Assembly: GCA_030425805.1 (NCBI GenBank)
Contig: JAUHZC010000003.1
Coordinates: 701 to 64,700, forward strand
Direction of reading: 5' to 3'
Source: Alphaproteobacteria bacterium
Lineage (GTDB): Bacteria; Pseudomonadota; Alphaproteobacteria; JAUHZC01
Length of the DNA: 64,000 bases
Below, one piece after another: positions 40,083-50,073 of the stretch. Every line of letters begins with the position of its first letter. Position 1 is the stretch's first letter. Made by a program: the position numbers and the translations under genes. The notes under the pieces were generated by a model. It was not told where the DNA came from and did not search any database. It saw nothing but the letters and a program-made list of their open reading frames with translations.

Positions 40083-40823
40083 TTAGTCTGTAAAAGTCGA
40101 TTTGACATTGACCCTGAAACGAACTTGGAAGTTTTTATTAAAGTCGTTCTGGGATGAGACCTGATTTGCACCCCTCGTATGAGTAGCAAAAGCCATATGA
40201 CGCTCTTTTGGAAAAGCGTCAGTGGCTTTGAGTTGTTCAAAAGTTGATGAGAATTTATGAAGGTGCAGCGAACCAAGATTGTACTCCTTTGCAACAATTC
40301 CGGACTTTTGAAGTGTTTTTTGTATTGCACCCTCTAAAAGCTCTTCTTCTATGGAGTGCAGATCCTCAAAAATTGATTTTGCTGGCAAGAAAGTCACACC
40401 TACATGTTTTGAAGGGCTAATATTCATTGAGCGCATGCCTTCATAGAGCTCTTTAACTTTTTTTGTTGAAACTTCAATTTCTTGGGTCACATAAAAAACC
40501 TTTTGAAGATCATTTCCCTGATGATGCGGATAAATCACTGTTTTGTGAACAGGTTCTAGCGTTATTTCCTGGCTAGGGATTTTTGCTTTTTCAAGATGAG
40601 CCAAAAGATCCTCACGTGTTTGCTTCATAGCTGTCTCAATATTCTCTAGATCTTCCCCTTTGTGATTTAATAAAATTTGCATCACAACTCGGTCTGGTAC
40701 CATAAGCTTATCAGCGGAACCTGTGATTTTGATTTTTTTAGGGGCATCGCTTCCTAAAAGTCCATAGCAATTGCTGTAAACTATACTTAGAAGGAAAAGA
40801 AACCAGATAGATTTTTTTTGCAT
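40083..40823 (-). CDS. SIMPL (DUF541) domain exported protein
   Basis: Signal peptide; IKITGSA..MVPD pattern and IAKEYNLGSL-like helix. Confidence 0.7.
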   Translation of the reverse strand: MQKKSIWFLFLLSIVYSNCYGLLGSDAPKKIKITGSADKLMVPDRVVMQILLNHKGEDLENIETAMKQTREDLLAHLEKAKIPSQEITLEPVHKTVIYPHHQGNDLQKVFYVTQEIEVSTKKVKELYEGMRSMNISPSKHVGVTFLPAKSIFEDLHSIEEELLEGAIQKTLQKSGIVAKEYNLGSLHLHKFSSTFEQLKATDAFPKERHMAFATHTRGANQVSSQNDFNKNFQVRFRVNVKSTFTD

Positions 40824-40930
40824 AACGAAAGCCTCACATGTGTATCTAAGGTTATCATCACTTTCACTCAGTCGCTAGACTCTGGTTCATTATTTTAATA
40901 CTCTTAAAAAAGTAAGATGAGAAATCTCCC

Positions 40931-41536
40931 ATGATTGATAGTTACATCCGCCCCTACATTGATCCGCCTCTGAAAATTTTAGCACGGACTTTTGTAAAGT
41001 TTGGCTTGAAGCCCATTCACCTCACGCTTGCAGGAGGTGTTTTTGGTTTTTTCTGTGGCATGATGGTGCTTTTAAACCAGCCAACTTGGGCTTTCAGCTT
41101 CCTTATGCTGAATCGCCTTTGTGATGGACTAGATGGAGCCATTGCCCGTGAAACGAGGCTCTCAGATTTTGGGGGTTATCTGGATATCACTGTTGATTTC
41201 CTTGTCTATAGCTTCATTGTCCTTTGTCTTGGACTGTTAAACACAAAAGCAAACGGTGCCATTGCTGCCTTTGTCATTTTTACCATGATGGGGGCTGGCA
41301 CAACTTTTCTTGCTCACAGTATCCTAGCCGCAAAAAAAGGGCATACCTCCAGCCACCAAGGAGAAAAATCAATTTATTACTTGTCAGGAATTTGTGAAGG
41401 CTTTGAAACAACACTCTTCCTTAGCTTGATTTGTCTCTTCCCAGGACAGTTTCTTATCCTTGGACTTCTCTTTGGATCTCTATGTCTCCTGACAGTTATG
41501 GGACGAATTTGGCAGACAGCAAAGGATTATAGTTGA
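40931..41536 (+). CDS. CDP-alcohol phosphatidyltransferase family protein
   Basis: NRLCDGLDGAIAR..SDFGGYLDITVD; EGFET. Confidence 0.9.
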   Translation: MIDSYIRPYIDPPLKILARTFVKFGLKPIHLTLAGGVFGFFCGMMVLLNQPTWAFSFLMLNRLCDGLDGAIARETRLSDFGGYLDITVDFLVYSFIVLCLGLLNTKANGAIAAFVIFTMMGAGTTFLAHSILAAKKGHTSSHQGEKSIYYLSGICEGFETTLFLSLICLFPGQFLILGLLFGSLCLLTVMGRIWQTAKDYS

Positions 41537-41593
41537 AGCAGCGTTAAATCTTCTGTAAGTTAATTCCTTGAGTTTACTTGTTAGGAGATAATC

Positions 41594-42133
41594 ATAGATC
41601 GTTCTCGTCGCCCAAATCCACGCCAAGCTGGTCCTCGTATCAACCGGGACATTCGTGTTGATAAGATTCGCCTCATCGGTCCCGATGGAGAGATGATAGG
41701 CGTTGTATCCCTGGACCAAGGGCTTGAGCTTGCTCAACAGCATCGTCTTGACCTTGTAGAAGTTTCTCCAAATGCAGATCCTCCTGTATGTAAGGTCCTT
41801 GATTACGGGAAGTTCAAGTATGAAACCCAAAAAAAGCAATCGGCTGCCAAGAAAAAGCAGAAGACCATTGAAGTGAAAGAAGTTCAACTTCGTCCTGCCA
41901 TCGAAGAAAATGATTATCAGGTTAAGAAAAATCGTGCCTACAAATTTCTTGAAAGCGGGAATAAAGTCAAAGTGACTCTCCGATTTCGGGGTCGTGAAAT
42001 GGCTCACCAAGAAATTGGAATGGAGCTCATGAATCGCCTCAAAGGGGATTTGGAAGAAGTCTCAAAAGTCGACCACGAGCCCTCCCGAGAAGGGCGTCAA
42101 ATGATTATGGTGCTTAGCCCTGCTAAACCTTAG
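41594..42133 (+). CDS. infC: Translation initiation factor IF-3 (non-canonical ATA start)
   Basis: Frame extends upstream to [13 protein letters not shown] at 41583 followed by ATA ATC ATA; in-frame TAG at 41582; [23 protein letters not shown]. Confidence 0.95.
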   Translation: MDRSRRPNPRQAGPRINRDIRVDKIRLIGPDGEMIGVVSLDQGLELAQQHRLDLVEVSPNADPPVCKVLDYGKFKYETQKKQSAAKKKQKTIEVKEVQLRPAIEENDYQVKKNRAYKFLESGNKVKVTLRFRGREMAHQEIGMELMNRLKGDLEEVSKVDHEPSREGRQMIMVLSPAKP

Positions 42134-42134
42134 T

Positions 42135-44825
42135 TTAGCGATGCTTTTCAAAAACCATTACGATTTCTGTTCCCTGGTCAGGTTGAGACCGGACTCTCAT
42201 TTCCCCCTGAGAGAGATCAATGATTTCTTTACAGTATGAGAGTCCAATTCCCATCCCTGAGGATTTTGTTGTAAACATTGGGTCAAATATATTCTCAAGA
42301 ACGTCTGGCTGCATCCCAGGACCATTGTCCTGTATTGCGACAACAACCTTATCCTCATCAACTTCAATTTCGATCTCAATTCGAAGCTGAGAGCCCCTGC
42401 GTCCTTGCCCACAAAAAGCCTCATAAGCGTTTTTGAACAGGTTATGCATGACCTGAATCATAGCTGATTTATGGGTAGAAATCAGAGCATCTTGTATCAG
42501 GCCCTTTAGGATAAAGATCTCCCCCTTTTCTTCAGGCGGGAGAGGATAAATATCGATAGCCTCTCGAAGAATATCCCCGATATTTTCTTTGTGAACAAAA
42601 AGTTCTTTGTTTGTTCCCTTCAACTGCCTGATTGAGAGCTGTTGAATCTGGGAAATGCGTGTCACTGTATTTCCAATTTCCTCGATATTTTTCTGCAACC
42701 CTTCAACATCTTCCTTGCTGCCCTTAATTTCAACCTTCTTTGCAATATTTTTAAGAGAAAATACACGCATTCCTAGGGTTGATAGAGGCGTAGAAAGCTC
42801 ATGAGAAATATAATTTGCTTGGTATTTTTCAAGCTGTTTTGCTGAAAACTCATCCCCCTCTTTTTTTCGAGAGAAGACCATTCCCATGAGGGATGAAAAA
42901 ATAATACTGAAAACAAAAAGTAAAATATCATTAGATGCGAAATCGAAACAGCTTCCTCCGCATAAAAGAATATACAAACCAAAGGCAAGTAGGCTCCCAC
43001 CTGCAAAAAGAATCATAAAAACACGCCAAGAGACGAGGAGAGCCATGAGAAAAAGCCCCAAAGTTAAATTTGTGAGCCCGAATGTATCTAGGTTTCCTAG
43101 AAGACCCTGCACCATCAAAGTGAAAGGAAGCGTTATCATGACAGTGAAATGCCAATAGGCTGTGAAATACCGCAAAAGACTCTTTGGCCAATATCCTTTT
43201 AGCAAGAGGAGAACACAGAGAAAGCCAGAAAATAGCTTGAGAAAAATCATCTCACCAGAAACCAGAGTTGATTTTTGGATCCACATGAAATTCGGCGCAA
43301 TGTAGACACACAGCACAAAAACGGAAAAGCCTGTAGCTGGAAGCCATTCTAACCTAGCTGGATTGAGAATTTCAGAAAAAGAAGGCTTCTTTTTGCTCGA
43401 CTCTCTTTGGATTCTTATGATTTTTTTCTGTGATTCAGGTGCAAACCTAGATTTTGGCTCGAAAAAAAAAAATCGCGTGAAGAAAACTACTGCGTTTCCT
43501 AGCATTCCAACAATAAAACCTGGAACATATGTTAAATCCACAAGATTCAAAACATCCCAAATGATAAAAGAAACAATCCCCCCGAGTACTGCATAAAGAA
43601 AGGTTTTCTCTGAAACTTTGATTCCAAAAATTGCAGCATAAAGCGGAACAACAGCAACTGGACTCCAAAAGCTCATGAAATAGACCATGATACTCAGGAT
43701 ATCCTTGAAAATGAGCGCAATAGCCATAGCAAAAAGAGCTGCAGAAGGAGTAAAAATCCAAATCCAGTTCCGCATACGCTTTTCATCTGATCTTGTTTTT
43801 TCTTTTAATCCAAGAACATCCCCCAAGAAAGTGGAAGTACTTAAGTTCAGAGCAGAGTCTGCAGATGACATAATAACAGCCATGAGGCCTGAGGCCGCAA
43901 TCCCCTTTACACCTATAGGCAAAAACTCTGAAATAAGATGAGGAAAGGCGAGCTTGGAATCAATATTTGGAAAAATAATATAGGCTGCAATCCCAATTAA
44001 CCCAATAAAGAAAAAGAAAGGAAACTCCAGAATTGCCGTCAAAATCATTGATTTAGACATTTGCTTAGGTCCCCGTGAAATGAAAAACCTGTGCAAAATT
44101 AGAGGGTTTAAAATCGGTAAGAATTGAGCAAAGAAATACGTTAGAAGAAGCCCTGTATCTGCTTTTGTATGTACAAAAGAATAGTGCGTTTCAGGGATTT
44201 GAGAAAAGAATTTTTGATATCCCCCAAAGTAGTCTAGCAAAAACATGCAAACTGAAGGAACGCTCACAACGATGAAGCAAAATTGCAAAACGTCCGTGAA
44301 CACAACAGCACGAACCCCCCCAAACATTGTATAAAAAAGAACGATTCCCACACTGAAAAGAACACCGAGATTAAAGGGAATATTTAAAAAATATTGAAAA
44401 ACAAATCCCATTGCTGAAACTTGTAATGCAAATGTTCCAAGGGTCTTAATAAGCGCACTTAATCCAATAATTTTCTTAGCATACTGACCATAAGCCTTTG
44501 CCCCCATATCCCCAGGAGTCATACATCCATGGAATCTTCCCATCTTGGGAATGACAACAACACCGAGAAATAAATCAGCAAATGCCTGCAGTGCTACAAG
44601 AATAAGGATAGGGTAACCGTACTCAAAAACACGGGTAGAAAGCCCTAGACTTGATCCGCCCCCCAACCAAGTAGCTGCCGTTGTACAAACAAGGACGGGA
44701 AGTGAAAAATTGCGATCTGCGACAGAGAAATCTTTTAAGGACTCAACTTTCTTGCCTCTTACAATAGCTACCCACAAGGTGCCGAGAAGAAATAATCCGA
44801 TAATACCTAAGTCAATATTGTGCAT
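42135..44825 (-). CDS. Sodium:solute symporter - membrane sensor - histidine kinase fusion (copy 1)
   Basis: SSS motifs ATWLGGGS, GGVRAVVFTDVLQF, GLMAVIMSSADS; about 6 further TMs; SHELSTPL, NLFKNA, DNGPG, FTTK, GMGIGL. Confidence 0.92.
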   Translation of the reverse strand: MHNIDLGIIGLFLLGTLWVAIVRGKKVESLKDFSVADRNFSLPVLVCTTAATWLGGGSSLGLSTRVFEYGYPILILVALQAFADLFLGVVVIPKMGRFHGCMTPGDMGAKAYGQYAKKIIGLSALIKTLGTFALQVSAMGFVFQYFLNIPFNLGVLFSVGIVLFYTMFGGVRAVVFTDVLQFCFIVVSVPSVCMFLLDYFGGYQKFFSQIPETHYSFVHTKADTGLLLTYFFAQFLPILNPLILHRFFISRGPKQMSKSMILTAILEFPFFFFIGLIGIAAYIIFPNIDSKLAFPHLISEFLPIGVKGIAASGLMAVIMSSADSALNLSTSTFLGDVLGLKEKTRSDEKRMRNWIWIFTPSAALFAMAIALIFKDILSIMVYFMSFWSPVAVVPLYAAIFGIKVSEKTFLYAVLGGIVSFIIWDVLNLVDLTYVPGFIVGMLGNAVVFFTRFFFFEPKSRFAPESQKKIIRIQRESSKKKPSFSEILNPARLEWLPATGFSVFVLCVYIAPNFMWIQKSTLVSGEMIFLKLFSGFLCVLLLLKGYWPKSLLRYFTAYWHFTVMITLPFTLMVQGLLGNLDTFGLTNLTLGLFLMALLVSWRVFMILFAGGSLLAFGLYILLCGGSCFDFASNDILLFVFSIIFSSLMGMVFSRKKEGDEFSAKQLEKYQANYISHELSTPLSTLGMRVFSLKNIAKKVEIKGSKEDVEGLQKNIEEIGNTVTRISQIQQLSIRQLKGTNKELFVHKENIGDILREAIDIYPLPPEEKGEIFILKGLIQDALISTHKSAMIQVMHNLFKNAYEAFCGQGRRGSQLRIEIEIEVDEDKVVVAIQDNGPGMQPDVLENIFDPMFTTKSSGMGIGLSYCKEIIDLSQGEMRVRSQPDQGTEIVMVFEKHR

Positions 44826-45021
44826 GGTCTACTTTTGGTTACTCATAAATTCTACGCTCAATTTTTCTAAGAGACCACCTTTTTAAAATTTCACGGGATC
44901 CCTATATCTTAATTACTACATTTTTTTTATTTTTTTAAAGAGAGATTAGCATTTTTAGATCTAGGCAAAAAACTATGATATAAGAAAAAATTAGAAAAAA
45001 AATTCTGGGAGTGAAAAATAC

Positions 45022-47592
45022 ATGTCATATATCGACCTTTCAATTGTGGCTCTTTATTTGATAGGGACATTTATTGTTGGCCTATACTATGGAAAAAGAG
45101 AAGGCAAGTCATTACAACAGTTTGCGACAGGGAATAAAGACTTCTCCGTTCCCCTCATTGCAATCACTATCTTTGCAACCCTAACGGGTGGAAATAACGT
45201 TCTTGGAAATTCTGAGAAAGGATTTCGATACGGCATCATCTTTTATCTGATTGTCTTTGGAGATCCCGTCTACCGGTTGATTATGGCAAAATATTTTGCA
45301 CCACGATTTAGTCGTTTTCGTGACTGTATCTCTGCAGGTGACATCTTAGATAAAAGCTTCGGAAGGTTGGGGCGATGCATTGCTGGGGTTGCTGCTTTCA
45401 TGAAGTGCTCAGGAAGTGTAGCAGCTCAAATTGCAGGGCTCAGCATTGTACTTCAATACATGTCAGGAATTGATTACTTTACAGGTCTTGTGATCGTCAC
45501 ATTCCTCACAATTGCCTACTCTGCTTTTGGGGGAATCACCTCTGTTGTCTTCACAGACGTCATTCAGTTTGTAGCTTTGATTATTGCTGTTCCGCTTGTC
45601 TCAGCTCTCGCTGTTCATAAAGCGGGAGGCGCAAACGTTGTTTTTGAAACAACATTCATCACAAAGCCAGATTTCTCTTTTGAAGATGGAAGTTTTATTT
45701 TCACAATCTTCATGATCTACTGCATTCCAGAACTAAACCCTGTTTTGCTACACCGTCTTCTCATCTCCAGGAATCTTCGTTTCCTCTCTGCTTCTCTCCG
45801 GGCAGCAGCAGCCTTAGCGGTTCCTTTTGGCCTCGTTATGGCTTTGTTAGTAGGATCAGCATATATTCTTGATCCCACCATTGAGCCTAAGAGTGTTTAT
45901 CCGTACCTGATTGATACAATTCTGCCTGTAGGCTTGAAAGGAATTGCTATTGCAGGACTATTTGCAATTCTAATGTCAACAATTGACTCCTTTTTAAACA
46001 CAGCCTCTGTTGCCTTTGCCCAGGATATCTTGGAAGGATTTTTTCCCAAAAAGTTTAATGATCAAACCAAGAAGAAATATGCGCAGTCTACAACTGTAAT
46101 CATTGGTGCGATTGGTTTTTACATAGCAACTCAGTACAACAGCATTGTTTCAATTTTTCTTTTCTCAATGGAATTGTGGGTTCCACTTATGGTTGCTCCT
46201 CTCTATAGCGTAATCTTCAGATATAATGCGACTCAAAAAGATCTAATTTTTTCCTGTCTTGGGGGTGTTGTTGCACTTTACTCTGTAAAATTCAGCCCTC
46301 TTGGAAAAATCCCAGGATTAACTGTTTTTGCTGCATACTTAGGTAGCTTTTTAATGATGTTCAGGAGGGCACTGACATTTAAAAACCTAAAGGAGCTGCT
46401 GACACGACCTGCACGCCCAAGATCAATTGCTCTTGCAGAGAAAAAACGATACATCGTTCCCCAAAATATAGATGCCTTCTGCATTTTGATTGTTTTCTTC
46501 TATGCATTTTCTCCCTTCCTAGGAATCTACGAAAATAAAAATCTACTTTGGCTAGGAATGCATGTCTTGGGAGTTTCTTCTGCTCTTGCTCTCTTCTTTG
46601 GCCGACGTAATAACTTCAGCTTTAAACCTCTTATTCAGCCTTTTGTTATTATGACAGGAGCTCTCATACCTTTCTTAATGGTCCATGTTAGTGGAAAATT
46701 GGAAACACTCTTCTTTATCATGCCAATCTTCCTCTATTTTTCCTCCATGATTGCCTTTAGTAAGTTTTTTCAAGGAATTGCTTTTAGTTTCACGCTTTCT
46801 AAGTTTGTAACTTATTACTATATCGGTCTTCCTGGACTTGGGGCTTTTTATGAAGTTGCTTTTCTCTCAACTGTTCTCATAAGTGGATTTTTTATCTCTC
46901 GTTTAACATTCCACAACCCAAGAGAACGTTATCAAGGTGCTGCTATTGCTATTTCAGAAATTGCCCATGAAGTCAGAACACCCCTCCAATCAATTGCTGT
47001 TGATTTTGGAATGTTAATTGAAGAACTTGGTATTGGTAAAAAAGAGTCTCCAAATCCACTCATTGGAAAAATATATCACAAGCTTAATACCGTATTCTCT
47101 TCTCTGGAACTTATTCTTCAAACCTTCCGAAAAGACGATAAAAATGATCAATATGAAATTATTAATCTGAGTAATCTTTTGCAAAATATCATTGAACAGT
47201 ACTCATTTCCCAAAGATGTCCACGTTACAATTGATGCTCAGTGCCAGAATCTTCACGTCAAAGGTGATGAAGCCGCGCTCCGTGGAGTCTTTTTAAACCT
47301 TATCAAAAATAGTGTTGAGGCTCAGTATGGGCAGGATAAAAAAGAGGTTAATCTCACTTTGAAACAATCTGCAAACTATGCAACAATCTTTGTTGAAGAT
47401 CGAGGTCCTGGTGTAGATCTCAAAGACTCAGAAGTCATTTTTGAGCCTTTCTACACCACAAAGAAATCTGGCACGGGGGTTGGTTTGAGCTACTGCTTAA
47501 AAATTATTCAAAATCAATCAGGTTCTATGTTCTATGAACCACGTCCTGGAGGAGGCGCTCGATTTGTCGTCCAGTTACCTGTGGGGTCATAA
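45022..47592 (+). CDS. Sodium:solute symporter - membrane sensor - histidine kinase fusion (copy 2)
   Basis: GGITSVVFTDVIQF, GLFAILMSTIDS; further TMs; AHEVRTPL, NLIKNS, DRGPG, FYTTK, GTGVGL. Confidence 0.92.
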   Translation: MSYIDLSIVALYLIGTFIVGLYYGKREGKSLQQFATGNKDFSVPLIAITIFATLTGGNNVLGNSEKGFRYGIIFYLIVFGDPVYRLIMAKYFAPRFSRFRDCISAGDILDKSFGRLGRCIAGVAAFMKCSGSVAAQIAGLSIVLQYMSGIDYFTGLVIVTFLTIAYSAFGGITSVVFTDVIQFVALIIAVPLVSALAVHKAGGANVVFETTFITKPDFSFEDGSFIFTIFMIYCIPELNPVLLHRLLISRNLRFLSASLRAAAALAVPFGLVMALLVGSAYILDPTIEPKSVYPYLIDTILPVGLKGIAIAGLFAILMSTIDSFLNTASVAFAQDILEGFFPKKFNDQTKKKYAQSTTVIIGAIGFYIATQYNSIVSIFLFSMELWVPLMVAPLYSVIFRYNATQKDLIFSCLGGVVALYSVKFSPLGKIPGLTVFAAYLGSFLMMFRRALTFKNLKELLTRPARPRSIALAEKKRYIVPQNIDAFCILIVFFYAFSPFLGIYENKNLLWLGMHVLGVSSALALFFGRRNNFSFKPLIQPFVIMTGALIPFLMVHVSGKLETLFFIMPIFLYFSSMIAFSKFFQGIAFSFTLSKFVTYYYIGLPGLGAFYEVAFLSTVLISGFFISRLTFHNPRERYQGAAIAISEIAHEVRTPLQSIAVDFGMLIEELGIGKKESPNPLIGKIYHKLNTVFSSLELILQTFRKDDKNDQYEIINLSNLLQNIIEQYSFPKDVHVTIDAQCQNLHVKGDEAALRGVFLNLIKNSVEAQYGQDKKEVNLTLKQSANYATIFVEDRGPGVDLKDSEVIFEPFYTTKKSGTGVGLSYCLKIIQNQSGSMFYEPRPGGGARFVVQLPVGS

Positions 47593-48440
47593 TGATTATT
47601 GTTCCAAGTTTTGTTGTTGCCATAGATGATGATGTTCATTTTCTAGATAGTTTAAAAAATCTCATTAAAGCCTCTGGTTTTGAAGCAGAGACTTTTCACT
47701 CCCCTCATAGAGCATCTGACTTTGTTCTTGAAAGTGAGAAAACGCTTCAGGATATGGGGTTTTATGAAACATCACCCTATACAGACGATGGCTTTGAAAA
47801 TTTAGTAGAAAAGCTTTTAGACCAAAAGCCCCCGATCATAAGCGTTCTTAGTATTGATCATAACATGATTAATATTACGGGGCTTGAGTGGCTAGAGTTA
47901 CACCCTTTCCACGCCCAGAAAATGCTTGTTTCTGGGGTACTTGGGGATACAGGAGCAGTTGAAGCTTTTAATAGAAAAAAAGTGAACTTCTTTCTACAAA
48001 AAGGGTCTGCAGACTTTGTCTCAAGGTTCAAACAGGGTATGAGAGAGCTCAACTTTGATTTTTTCGCCCAGTTTACCAGCAAAAACTATAGAGAGGATGT
48101 GATCCAATCTCTTAAGAATCTCTATATGGAAAATCAGTTTGATTTTCTTTTACCTCGCTCAACAGCCCCGATTTTTGAAATTACAGCTGATAATCGAAAG
48201 GGAATTCTTCATGTTTTTGATAAAGATGAAAAACTCATACAGCTTCAATACGCAAAAGAGTCTGGTGCAGCAAAAGATGTTTTGGCACTTTTAGAGAAGA
48301 AGGATATGGCATTTTGTCATGGAATCCCTACTAATTCTCAAAAAGCATCCCCAAAATCTTGGACAGCAGAGGATATTGTTCAACTCACGAATGTTCCCAA
48401 AACGGAGACTTTTGTTCATATATCTTATGAACCAACCTAA
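47592..48440 (+). CDS. Response regulator, LqsR-like, no HTH output recognised
   Basis: IDDD, SIDHNM..TGL, LVSG, FLQKG receiver residues; start overlaps the kinase stop. Confidence 0.8.
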   Translation: MIIVPSFVVAIDDDVHFLDSLKNLIKASGFEAETFHSPHRASDFVLESEKTLQDMGFYETSPYTDDGFENLVEKLLDQKPPIISVLSIDHNMINITGLEWLELHPFHAQKMLVSGVLGDTGAVEAFNRKKVNFFLQKGSADFVSRFKQGMRELNFDFFAQFTSKNYREDVIQSLKNLYMENQFDFLLPRSTAPIFEITADNRKGILHVFDKDEKLIQLQYAKESGAAKDVLALLEKKDMAFCHGIPTNSQKASPKSWTAEDIVQLTNVPKTETFVHISYEPT

Positions 48441-48572
48441 TTTTTAACAAATTTAAAATTACCCCTGGTAAATTTTGATTCAGGGTCCTATCTCTCAGAA
48501 ATAAGTATTAAAATTTGTTTTGCTACAGAAGAATCTGTAGAATTGCAATCAGGGGAGGAAAACGAAAGCCGT

Positions 48573-49025
48573 ATGGATATTACTCAAAATGTCATTAAAA
48601 GAACAAAGCTATATTTGAAAGAAAACCGTCTTTCAATTCCTGAGATGGAGCTTCGGGCAGGTCTTCGCGAGGGAACCCTTCGTAATCTTCTGTATGGGCG
48701 TGTCAAGAACCCCACTATTGGAACACTCTATAAAATGTCACGAGCTATGGATACTTCCATAGAAACACTTATCTCTGATCCTGAAAAAAGTCTTTATCAA
48801 AAAGAAATTGATTTGCTCATTAAAATTGCACACAAGGTCTTTCCGCCCATGAAGACTGAAAATGCAGAGAAAGATGATATTTTGAAGATGATTTGTGACA
48901 TTTACGACTATAGTGAGCGCACACCAAATAAGGAACTTGATGATAATTTCTTTCAATTTTCATTAGATAGATACTATCGAGAAAAAGAAAGCCCTGGTCA
49001 GCCTCAACCTAAAGACTTCAAGTAG
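48573..49025 (+). CDS. XRE/Cro-C1 helix-turn-helix regulator
   Basis: LSIPEMELRAGLREGTLRNLLYGRVKNPTIGTLYKMSRAM; ATG 48573 chosen. Confidence 0.88.
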   Translation: MDITQNVIKRTKLYLKENRLSIPEMELRAGLREGTLRNLLYGRVKNPTIGTLYKMSRAMDTSIETLISDPEKSLYQKEIDLLIKIAHKVFPPMKTENAEKDDILKMICDIYDYSERTPNKELDDNFFQFSLDRYYREKESPGQPQPKDFK

Positions 49026-49960
49026 TCATCAAAAGAAGAAAGCTCTAGTCCTAAGAAGCCTAACTCTTTTTCATTGAGCCGGCTGTAGTAGAAAGTGCTA
49101 TCACAATTTCCCCTGACTTTGTGTAGAGGGGGTAGCTTTATGTCCCAAAAGGAAAAAGCTGGTGCAAGTTTGCGTTGCTTTATTTTCTCAACATCGGCAG
49201 TAGAAGCTCCTTTTTGAGCCATATCTTCAGCCATAAGATCAAAATCACTACCTTCATAGATGAGAAGAGCTGAAGTTTTTCCTTTTTGATCAATGAAAAA
49301 CCTGGATCCACGTGTACAGAGCGTACAATATTCAATCATGGGAGATGAAAAAAACCCTTGTTCCATTTCATCTTGAAATAAGGCTTGGTAAGGCCTGCTC
49401 TCTATAATTTTCCTATTTAACTTTCCCATGTAACGCCGGTATAAAGCCTTAAAAAAAAGTTCTGTTTGAAGGGGAATAAGGCTCAAAACCCTCTCCATAG
49501 CATCCCTTGACCCCTTTCCAACAAAACAATCTATCGTGCCTTCATTGAGGTGCTCAATGGCATCTTGATAGCTCTGGGTCCCTGTCAGCATGACTTTACG
49601 TAATGGCTTTTCCAAAGGGAGTTCTTTAAAAAGAGTCAACCCATCCATGACTGGCATTCTTAAATCAGCAATTAAAATCGATGTCATTGCATACCGATTT
49701 TTTTGAGCTAGGATTTTTAAAAAAGTTTTTTGCTCAAGAACATAAGCGTTATGGCCTGTCCACTCTTTCCAAACCCACTCGGCAGGGCAGGGTTCTTTTT
49801 TAAGATAAGATAAAAAGTTGTATGGATCCGTAAAAGCCTTTGCTCGCAAACCTTCTTCCTGAAGTGCGCTCTCAAAGGAATCACAAAACTCAGGGCTATC
49901 ATCAACAGCCCCGATAAATGTTGGATGATAAAGGAGAAGGTCGTTATTTCTCATATTCAT
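49004..49960 (-). CDS. Response regulator, LqsR-like
   Basis: YHPTFIGAVDDSPEF, IADLRMPVMDGL, VMLTG, FVGKG; C-terminal IEYCTL..GSRFFIDQKG. Confidence 0.85.
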   Translation of the reverse strand: MNMRNNDLLLYHPTFIGAVDDSPEFCDSFESALQEEGLRAKAFTDPYNFLSYLKKEPCPAEWVWKEWTGHNAYVLEQKTFLKILAQKNRYAMTSILIADLRMPVMDGLTLFKELPLEKPLRKVMLTGTQSYQDAIEHLNEGTIDCFVGKGSRDAMERVLSLIPLQTELFFKALYRRYMGKLNRKIIESRPYQALFQDEMEQGFFSSPMIEYCTLCTRGSRFFIDQKGKTSALLIYEGSDFDLMAEDMAQKGASTADVEKIKQRKLAPAFSFWDIKLPPLHKVRGNCDSTFYYSRLNEKELGFLGLELSSFDDYLKSLG

Positions 49961-50073
49961 CTCTTTATTTTATAATTATAACTTGAATACTTGAAAATTT
50001 TATTAAAATTTCCTTGGTGAGAAAATTTAAGCTAAGAATATATACAATTTAAATCACTGAGAAGATAAAAACT

